IMG/VR virus record: IMGVR_UViG_3300029288_000118 | Coordinates: 29,987 to 93,986 of that record | Origin: a virus | Taxonomy: Duplodnaviria; Caudoviricetes | DNA length: 64,000 nt | Strand: one strand, 5' to 3' | Shown: positions 56,827 to 64,000 of the stretch, piece by piece | How positions within the stretch are numbered: position 1 is the stretch's first letter | Layout: every line of letters begins with the position of its first letter | Position numbers and translations under genes: made by a program | The notes under the pieces: generated by a model | Database searches by the model: none | What the model saw: only the letters and a program-made list of their open reading frames with translations | Told to the model about the DNA's origin: nothing

Positions 56827-58753
56827 CAAGACAAAACCATTTTGGCGGGAAAAAGATTTTTGGAAAGATAAGAATCCAATTCCGATTGATCAATTTGTTA
56901 AAGAACGTTTAGAATTAATCCCCAGCCCGCGTCAATTAAATATATTATTCAAGCTGGCCGGCAAAGATCCATACGAATGGGATCAAGCATATCAGCAGTA
57001 TATAATTGCTATCGGTATGGGCGGGGGTAAGAACGAATATATAATTTCGCCGTATTTGACGTATGTCACGTATAAAATAGCGAACATGCGTGATCCCCAT
57101 TTATATTTCCAGCGAATGCGTAAAACCCAGCTTAATCGAAGAAAACCATTTGACATTGTAAATATGTCCACCGTGAGCGGTCTTCAGGCTAAGAATGTTC
57201 ATTTCAATAATATGATATCATTGATAAGAAGCTGTAGGACAAAAGAAGGAGATAATTGGTTTGAGAAATATTGTGGAATGGATTTAAGAGAAGACGGAAT
57301 CGGCGATATCAAGAGTAAAGAAGTTATTGTGCCAACGGCAAAAGACTGTGGGAGCATCGTGCATCATAGTTTCGATTCCACGTATACAGCATGGGAAGGT
57401 CTGTCGATATTGTTTTCTGTCAATGATGAAACTTCCAGAGCAGATACAAAAGCATCGTATGCAGACCTGGAAAAGTCCTGGAAAGGTCAATTAGGAAATA
57501 TCAATACGCGATTCCCAGATAGAGTAGGCAAAATAATGGCAATCTCGTATTTGAATAATTCTCAATATGATTTTACGGATACTCTTTTAAAGCGGTCAGA
57601 GGAGGAGAAGAAGCATACAGATAAACCGTTAATGTTTGCCTGTAATTATTCTACATTTGAATGTAATCCAAACGTGACAAAAGATAGCGAAGAAATTAAA
57701 TCGGCGTATAGAACTGATCCACAGGACGCGAGAGCCAGGTATGAAGGAGTTAAGGGATCGCCGATAGAAGGATTTTATCAGCCACATCCAGAAAAAATCC
57801 AAGAATGTTTCTTTGCCAGTATGCCAACCCCTATCGATTATAGTTATATAGTGAGTACAAGATACGTCAGGGATCCGAATACCCAAAAAGATGTAAGACG
57901 GCAATTTACGGCAATCGCGCTTAATTCAATAAAGGGAGACAATAAGATAAGAGGATTTATCATAGATCCAGCATCTAAATTTGATGCATTCACTTTAAAA
58001 GGTGGATACATAGAAACGATGGATGAGTTTAAAGAAAATTTATTCATTGACAACAGAAAAGAAATGGTGACTATCAATAAAAGACCGATAATTGATATAG
58101 TATTGGTCTGGCAACCGAAAGATGGTATTCCGGTAGATTATTTGAATGTAGGTGAAATAGTAGGTCAAATTCTTGCTGAATTTCCCAATGCGAGGTTTTT
58201 AAATTCAGATAAGTATAATTCCGAGAAGTTGTCCCAAGAAGTCCAAGCGAGGGGGGTGCATAGCGAAACATTTGGATATGGCAATACACAGCAAGTACGA
58301 TTATTCAAAAAAATGAGACTTCTTATTTTTAATAATGTTCCACAGATATTTAAAGATCAACATCATTCAATTGCCAAAAAAGGGATAATAAAAACAGTAG
58401 GCGAATGGAACGTGTTGGAGCATGAGGAGCTATTGAAAATAAATGATAATAAAATTGACCATCCATCTCCAGACGGCAGCAAGGATTTTGCCGATGCGGA
58501 TAATTTATTAATAGACGGCTTAACACACCTTGAAATCAATGACGGGAGTTTAGGGACTGGGCAATCCACTGACCGGAAGCTCTTAGCTCTGGGAGAGAAA
58601 TACCTGGTAATAAGGGCAAAACTCAAGAATAAAGGAATCAAAGAAAACGATAAAACATACATCAAAAAGGTAGCCGAAATGATGAACGTCACAGAGGGTC
58701 AGGCACGGACTATAAAAGAATTCGCAGAAAGCCAGTTTTCAACCTTATTATAG
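56696..58753 (+). CDS. terL: Terminase large subunit
   Basis: Walker A GMGGGKN, Walker B VNDE, nuclease IDPA, DKYNS and KIDHP..GSKDFADA. Confidence 0.9.
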   Translation: MNSKNEALSILELSNSLQAGMIQVETEIYQEEQKLTSPALILNDKTKPFWREKDFWKDKNPIPIDQFVKERLELIPSPRQLNILFKLAGKDPYEWDQAYQQYIIAIGMGGGKNEYIISPYLTYVTYKIANMRDPHLYFQRMRKTQLNRRKPFDIVNMSTVSGLQAKNVHFNNMISLIRSCRTKEGDNWFEKYCGMDLREDGIGDIKSKEVIVPTAKDCGSIVHHSFDSTYTAWEGLSILFSVNDETSRADTKASYADLEKSWKGQLGNINTRFPDRVGKIMAISYLNNSQYDFTDTLLKRSEEEKKHTDKPLMFACNYSTFECNPNVTKDSEEIKSAYRTDPQDARARYEGVKGSPIEGFYQPHPEKIQECFFASMPTPIDYSYIVSTRYVRDPNTQKDVRRQFTAIALNSIKGDNKIRGFIIDPASKFDAFTLKGGYIETMDEFKENLFIDNRKEMVTINKRPIIDIVLVWQPKDGIPVDYLNVGEIVGQILAEFPNARFLNSDKYNSEKLSQEVQARGVHSETFGYGNTQQVRLFKKMRLLIFNNVPQIFKDQHHSIAKKGIIKTVGEWNVLEHEELLKINDNKIDHPSPDGSKDFADADNLLIDGLTHLEINDGSLGTGQSTDRKLLALGEKYLVIRAKLKNKGIKENDKTYIKKVAEMMNVTEGQARTIKEFAESQFSTLL

Positions 58754-58790
58754 AATAATATATTGTACTGTAAAATAATACAAATATTAC

Positions 58791-58819
58791 TTGACACAAG
58801 CGAATAAATATGATATATT
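58791..58819 (+). promoter_or_regulatory. Sigma70-type promoter
   Basis: TTGACA-N17-TATATT, 7 nt before ATG 58827. Confidence 0.7.
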
Positions 58820-58826
58820 TATATCA

Positions 58827-59417
58827 ATGAAAGACAAGTCTCATACACTTAGAAAAAATCATCCTTCCGAATATCATATATGGTCAGGAATGAAAGGTAG
58901 ATGTTTGAATCCAAATCATAATAATTTCAATGATTATGGAGGTCGTGGTATAACGGTTTGTATTCGATGGTTAGAATTTGAGAATTTTTTCAAAGATATG
59001 GGAGAACGTCCAAAAGGATATAGTTTAGAAAGAATAAATAATAACGGCAATTATACTCCTAATAATTGTAAGTGGGCAACAAAATATGAGCAAGCAAACA
59101 ATAAGCGAAATAATATCAGGTTTTCTGAATATAAGAATACTGGATTGTCTCGCCAAAGGATTTATCAAATAAGAAGATTGGAAAAAGGACTATGCTCTAT
59201 TTGCGGGAAAAATAAATTATATCAATCTCAACGCTGTAAAGAATGTTTTGATAAACTTGTATTAAGCCGTAAGAAACTTATTCCTACATCGATATTAAAT
59301 GTTGAAGAATATAAAAAGTTTCGCGAACATTTAGACAAGATAAACAAGGAAGCAAACTATAATATTTCTGAAAAAGCATATATCCGTAAATTGATATTAG
59401 ATGATATGAGAAAGTAA
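58827..59417 (+). CDS. HNH homing-type endonuclease fused to a C-terminal RHH-like segment
   Basis: W.GMKGRC.NP.....YGGRGITVC.RW..F..F..DMG.RP..YSLERINNNGNY.P.NCKWAT..EQANN; tail matches 63609-63791. Confidence 0.85.
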   Translation: MKDKSHTLRKNHPSEYHIWSGMKGRCLNPNHNNFNDYGGRGITVCIRWLEFENFFKDMGERPKGYSLERINNNGNYTPNNCKWATKYEQANNKRNNIRFSEYKNTGLSRQRIYQIRRLEKGLCSICGKNKLYQSQRCKECFDKLVLSRKKLIPTSILNVEEYKKFREHLDKINKEANYNISEKAYIRKLILDDMRK

Positions 59418-59438
59418 TAAATCCACAACAATCACATA

Positions 59439-59651
59439 ATGAAAAGGACAAAGACGATGCCAACCTCAGCACAAAAAATTCTCTTAAACAAACACATGCA
59501 AGACTTCGGTTATGATGATTACAAAATTGTCTTAGCCATTGATAGAGCCAGCGGCATTTTCGATTACTCCGAACTTGGTGGAGGGCTTAAAGGATACATA
59601 TTTGACATAACAAAAACAAATCCGTGCTTGCAGACTGGATATTTAACATGA
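59439..59651 (+). CDS. Hypothetical protein
   Basis: Short + strand ORF with AAGGA upstream of an internal ATG. Confidence 0.45.
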   Translation: MKRTKTMPTSAQKILLNKHMQDFGYDDYKIVLAIDRASGIFDYSELGGGLKGYIFDITKTNPCLQTGYLT

Positions 59652-59880
59652 GTAGAATAACATTTCATCCAAAATATCAGGCGATTGAATTCCAAATACC
59701 GAATGGCGGTAGTATTTTATGGCTACCAGATTCTCAGGTTAAGAAAGAAGATTTAGAAGGTTATGAATTTGTTACAATTTTAAAACCAATATACTCGGTG
59801 AATTGATCTGACGATCTTTAGGGATAGGTAGAAGCGATCTTCGAGATAGCTCCTATCCCATTCACCGAAGCAAGGGAACA

Positions 59881-60648
59881 ATGAACGACGAACTCATACC
59901 TTACAATACTATCGTTTCGATGGTTCAGAATTGGGATACAAACAGAGCAAAGATTATTCGCGCTTGTGAAATGATAGACGAAGTAAAGCGAGACCTGGAA
60001 TTTGTATTCGGTGATAGGCTACATTTTTATCGAAGTGATATTGACATAACAAGACCGAAAGAATCCGTTGATAAGACTCGTATCAAAATTTGGCAGACTA
60101 TAATAGAAAAATCAGAGATAAGAAGATTTTTATCCGTGAAAGAAGCACAATCACTGGACAAAAAACTCGAAGAAGGAAAGTTCCCAGAAGTTACGACCGA
60201 TGAGATATTGAATGTTATTAAAAGTGCGATGGCGAATATTCAGAACTTTGCAGATGATATGGTAACAGAGGTATACGAATTTATAAGACCATACACGGGA
60301 TATAAGAACAATCAGAAATTTCAGGGAGAGATAGGCAAGCGTGTTGTATTACACTGGGTAGAGCAATATTATGGTAGCAAAAAATTCCACGTAAAAATGC
60401 ATTATGACAAAAAAGTGAGAGCAGTAGATAATGTTTTTCATGCTTTAGACGGCAAAGGGTTTTCATCTTCATATTATGGTGATCTTTACCAAGCAATAAA
60501 CGGATGCGCCGGAGAAGGGGAAACAGAGTATTTTAAATTCAGATGCTATATGAACGGGAACCTACATCTTGAATTCAAGCGAATGGATCTGGTAAGAAAG
60601 ATGAATGCAATTGCATCGAAGAACGTATTGAAACCGGAGAACAACTAA
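59881..60648 (+). CDS. DUF4942-like protein
   Basis: ETEYFKFRCYMNGNLHLEFKRMDLV..MN. Confidence 0.75.
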   Translation: MNDELIPYNTIVSMVQNWDTNRAKIIRACEMIDEVKRDLEFVFGDRLHFYRSDIDITRPKESVDKTRIKIWQTIIEKSEIRRFLSVKEAQSLDKKLEEGKFPEVTTDEILNVIKSAMANIQNFADDMVTEVYEFIRPYTGYKNNQKFQGEIGKRVVLHWVEQYYGSKKFHVKMHYDKKVRAVDNVFHALDGKGFSSSYYGDLYQAINGCAGEGETEYFKFRCYMNGNLHLEFKRMDLVRKMNAIASKNVLKPENN

Positions 60649-62630
60649 TGACAGTAGAATATAAAGATAATCAATTCATAATAAAATTTGCCTATAATCC
60701 TACTCTCGTATCAGCGGTTAAAAATATTCCTGGAAGAAGATTTAATCCTGAAGAAAAAAATTGGACAGTTCCAAAAGAATCAGCCATAGAGATAAGTCAA
60801 TTCATATCTGATAATAAATTTACCGCAAATGAGTTGACGCAAGAAGTTATTAAAAAGCATATTAACAAGGCAAACTCTATTCTCGAAGAATCGAAAGCAG
60901 TGAGTGCTGAGATAGAAATACCAAGACCGGACGGACTCGAGTACTTACCATATCAAAAAGCAGGAATTCAATTTGCTTTAAACAGAAACAATACTTTGTT
61001 TGGTGATCAAATGGGTCTTGGAAAAACAATTGAAGCAATAGGCGTATGTAATGCAGATAAAACGGCTAACAGTATTTTAATTATTTGTCCAGCATCTTTG
61101 AAAATTAACTGGCAAAGAGAATTCAAAAAATGGGATACTAAGAATCTTAGTATCGGTATAGCTAACAGTATATTTCCCGACACAGATGTAGTGATTATAA
61201 ATTATGACATACTGAAGAAACATCGTCATTTTATTCATTCAAAAGAATGGGGCATTCTTATTATTGATGAAGTACACTATTTAAAAAATAGTAAAGCTCT
61301 GAGAACAAAAGAAGTATTTGGTTTTCAAAAGGGTAAGTTGGAAGAAAGAATATCACCTATCACAGCCAGAAAGAAATTATTTTTGACTGGGACTCCAATA
61401 CTAAATAAACCTATCGAACTCTGGACGCTTGTTCATGCGCTGGATCCAGAGGGGATCGGAAAAAGCTGGAAATATTACATAGAAAGATATTGTGATGCTT
61501 ACTTAGATAGATTTGGCTGGAATACATCTGGAGCGAGTAACCTGGAGGAGTTACAAAAAAAATTAAGAATGAGTTTTATGATACGAAGATTAAAAGAGGA
61601 TGTGTTAACCGAGTTACCGCCGAAACGACGACAGATAATAACTTTTCCGGCAGATTCGATGCTTGAGGATATTGTTGAAAATGAGAAAAAATCATACCAG
61701 AGATTACAAGAGAAGATTCATTTTTTAAAAGCTCAGGTCGAAATTGCAAAAGCGAGTGATAAAGAGGGGGTTTATGAAAACGCAGTTAGGGCATTGAATG
61801 GTGAAATGAAAGTTATATTCTCCGAAATATCCAAGCTCAGGCATGAAACAGCGGTTGCGAAGATACCATTAATGATAGATCACTTAAAGAATATGCTTGA
61901 AGAAATCCCAAAGATAGTATTTTTTGCCCATCACCATGATGTAATGGAAGCAATACAAAAAGAATTTAGCGGTATTTCTGTTAAACTCACCGGGAAAGAA
62001 AACGCAGAAGAAAGACAGAAAGCGGTTGATAAATTTCAGAATGATGTAGGAATAAAATTATTTATAGGAAGCATTCATGCTGCTGGGGTTGGAATAACAT
62101 TAACAGCGTCCAATACTGTAATCTTTGGTGAACTTGATTGGGTTCCAGGAAATATAAGTCAGTGCGAAGATAGGACACATAGAATAGGGCAAAAAGATAG
62201 CGTACTGATACAACATCTTGTTGTTGATGAGTCTCTTGATGCAAAAATGGCGCAAACGCTTGTTAATAAACAAGAAATAATTGACAAAGCTCTCGACAAC
62301 GAAACAAAATATGAATTGAAAACTATGCCGGCTATTCCAACTACAGAGTCTATCACAGATGATATAACAAGAAAACAGATAGACAAAGAAGCATCAAACA
62401 TCAAGGTAGATGAAATAAGTATAATACATTCAGCTATAAAAATATTGGCTTCTTATTGCGATGGTGCTAATGCGCTTGATGGAATGGGCTTTTCAAAGAT
62501 AGACACTGCTATTGGTCATTCATTGGCAGAATTTAAAACATTATCTGCGAAACAGGCAGTGATTGCAAAAAAACTTATAATTAAATATAAAAGGCAATTA
62601 CCAGATAACATAAAGGATAAAATACTATGA
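60648..62630 (+). CDS. SNF2-family helicase with N-terminal HARP domain (SMARCAL1-like)
   Basis: F.YNP.LV..VK.IPGRRF.P..K.W; DQMGLGKT, DEVH, LTGTP, GVGITLT, QCEDRTHRIGQ. Confidence 0.92.
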   Translation: MTVEYKDNQFIIKFAYNPTLVSAVKNIPGRRFNPEEKNWTVPKESAIEISQFISDNKFTANELTQEVIKKHINKANSILEESKAVSAEIEIPRPDGLEYLPYQKAGIQFALNRNNTLFGDQMGLGKTIEAIGVCNADKTANSILIICPASLKINWQREFKKWDTKNLSIGIANSIFPDTDVVIINYDILKKHRHFIHSKEWGILIIDEVHYLKNSKALRTKEVFGFQKGKLEERISPITARKKLFLTGTPILNKPIELWTLVHALDPEGIGKSWKYYIERYCDAYLDRFGWNTSGASNLEELQKKLRMSFMIRRLKEDVLTELPPKRRQIITFPADSMLEDIVENEKKSYQRLQEKIHFLKAQVEIAKASDKEGVYENAVRALNGEMKVIFSEISKLRHETAVAKIPLMIDHLKNMLEEIPKIVFFAHHHDVMEAIQKEFSGISVKLTGKENAEERQKAVDKFQNDVGIKLFIGSIHAAGVGITLTASNTVIFGELDWVPGNISQCEDRTHRIGQKDSVLIQHLVVDESLDAKMAQTLVNKQEIIDKALDNETKYELKTMPAIPTTESITDDITRKQIDKEASNIKVDEISIIHSAIKILASYCDGANALDGMGFSKIDTAIGHSLAEFKTLSAKQAVIAKKLIIKYKRQLPDNIKDKIL

Positions 62631-63061
62631 CACATTCAGACATAAGAACACAGCTTATTAATCAAGGGATAAAAGAAAGCCCGTTACTGTTAGTAGAGAG
62701 GAAATTTGAACTATTTCAAAGATATGGAGAGCAAGCAGCGAAAGCAAAAGGGAATAAATTGCTGGGGATCCAAGCAGAAGGCGAAAAACTTGTCAAACAG
62801 ATCAATGAAATCTGTGATTCGCGGAAGATCGGGAATCCATTAAAAGGCGAGAAGGTTGAATATATCGGGATAGAATATGTAGTTGAGTACTACGAAGAGT
62901 TAACCAGGAAATTTAAAGCCATTGAAGTAAGATGTGATTCTCCGGCTTTTGCAGATGTTGAAGCCATGAAAAGGGGAGCAAAAATTCTCAAGGTGTCGAA
63001 GGTTTATGAAAAAAACGACAAAGAGAAGAAAAATCTATTTCATTCAATAAAAAACAACTGA
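62627..63061 (+). CDS. Hypothetical protein
   Basis: ATGA overlap with the helicase gene. Confidence 0.55.
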   Translation: MTHSDIRTQLINQGIKESPLLLVERKFELFQRYGEQAAKAKGNKLLGIQAEGEKLVKQINEICDSRKIGNPLKGEKVEYIGIEYVVEYYEELTRKFKAIEVRCDSPAFADVEAMKRGAKILKVSKVYEKNDKEKKNLFHSIKNN

Positions 63062-63246
63062 AGGAAACAACCGATGAAAAATTCAAGAACTTCTTTATCA
63101 AAGAGTGAAAAGCGTAACCGCTGGGGTAAAAATGGCAAGAGTCCAAGATATTGTTATGTTAGTAGTTGCCCATTTCCAAGAAAACAAGTATGCAGATGGC
63201 ATGGAATAACCTGTGTCTTTGATAGGCGGAAGGGCAACCGTAAGCG

Positions 63247-63534
63247 ATGAACAATCAAGATACATTGCGAAAAATAGAATCCTTAGCAAAGCAAGTCTGT
63301 AAACCGAGTAGGAGTATCACACAACAGGGTGAAAGAATAATTTCTTTCACGGTCTTCAAGACGAAACACAGCCGGAACCGCACAATGATATTAGTTTATC
63401 GGTGTAGGATAATAAAGGGCAAAGACGATGTATCTACATTGTTAATAAACGAGACTCCGACCGACAGTAACGATGAAGACAAGATTTATTGTCTATTGTT
63501 AGAGTATAAAAAGTATAAAATAAAGATAATATAA
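63247..63534 (+). CDS. Hypothetical protein
   Basis: + strand ORF in the early-gene run. Confidence 0.45.
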   Translation: MNNQDTLRKIESLAKQVCKPSRSITQQGERIISFTVFKTKHSRNRTMILVYRCRIIKGKDDVSTLLINETPTDSNDEDKIYCLLLEYKKYKIKII

Positions 63535-63608
63535 CGTACTATTGTATATTAAAATACAATATTATATATTATAACATAATGATAAAGCAAAGTATATAAG
63601 AGGAGAGC

Positions 63609-63791
63609 ATGGCGAAAACCAAGAAAAATGGAGATAGAAAAACTCTCCAGTCGAGCGTGAGCAAAGAAGAATATAAAAAGTTAGAGGCATATTTAAAAAA
63701 AATAAGCGAAGAGCAAAACATCATAATCACAGAATCAGCGTATATACGGAAGTTGATTTTAGATGATATGAAGAAAGGCGATAGTTCGTAA
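63609..63791 (+). CDS. Ribbon-helix-helix-like regulator
   Basis: AGGAG RBS; strand TLQSSV, helix KEEYKKLEAYL, helix ESAYIRKLILDDM. Confidence 0.7.
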   Translation: MAKTKKNGDRKTLQSSVSKEEYKKLEAYLKKISEEQNIIITESAYIRKLILDDMKKGDSS

Positions 63792-64000
63792 GAAAGTAGG
63801 AGGTGTCCGATGGAAGATGTAAAAATCATAGCCGAATGCAGTTTTTGTGGGATAGAAAAAGAAGTTATTCCAATGATTGATAGCGATAAAAACGGAAGTA
63901 TATACTTCAGAAACGCTAATTATGCAGAAAAAATTCAATAAAATAATTGAGACAAAACTCAGAGCGCGAATTGATGGATTACAAGTGTGGCTTGACAAGA

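Noticed and set aside
59808-59835. Hammerhead ribozyme suggested by CTGACGA
   Set aside because: No GAAA core after a stem II and no consistent three-stem junction
137-63998. Numerous minus-strand ORFs in the six-frame track
   Set aside because: They are shadows of + strand genes, with no recognisable motifs or RBSs
1-64000. Stop-codon reassignment or prophage boundaries
   Set aside because: Long genes are intact under the standard code; no integrase, att site or host housekeeping block is visible

Overview
The whole window is tailed-phage DNA, with every credible gene on the + strand. 1-33.5 kb is a contractile-tail morphogenesis module whose capsid, protease and tail-chaperone sequences resemble those of Herelleviridae (K/Twort/A511). 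It runs protease-scaffold, capsid, neck, sheath, tube, tape measure, baseplate, fibres and a GH108 endolysin. 33.5-64 kb holds early/middle genes: Cro-like HTH, SbcCD, HerA-like ATPase, lambda-O-like initiator, two DNA methyltransferases, a PAPS-reductase-family protein, RecU, KhpA, terminases and a SNF2/HARP helicase. No portal, DNA polymerase or integrase is visible. The most striking signal is six genes inside the virion module (a post-capsid protein, a beta-helix spike, a tail fibre, its probable chaperone and two baseplate-region proteins) that carry Sec signal peptides all followed by Gln, the Bacteroidota-type Q-rule; several are rich in the D-S/T-x O-glycosylation sequon. An early lipoprotein also consists of a copy of a tail-fibre C-terminal domain. 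This suggests a phage of an FCB-group diderm host that exports and possibly glycosylates virion appendages. All assignments are by-eye motif recognition; no database searches were run.
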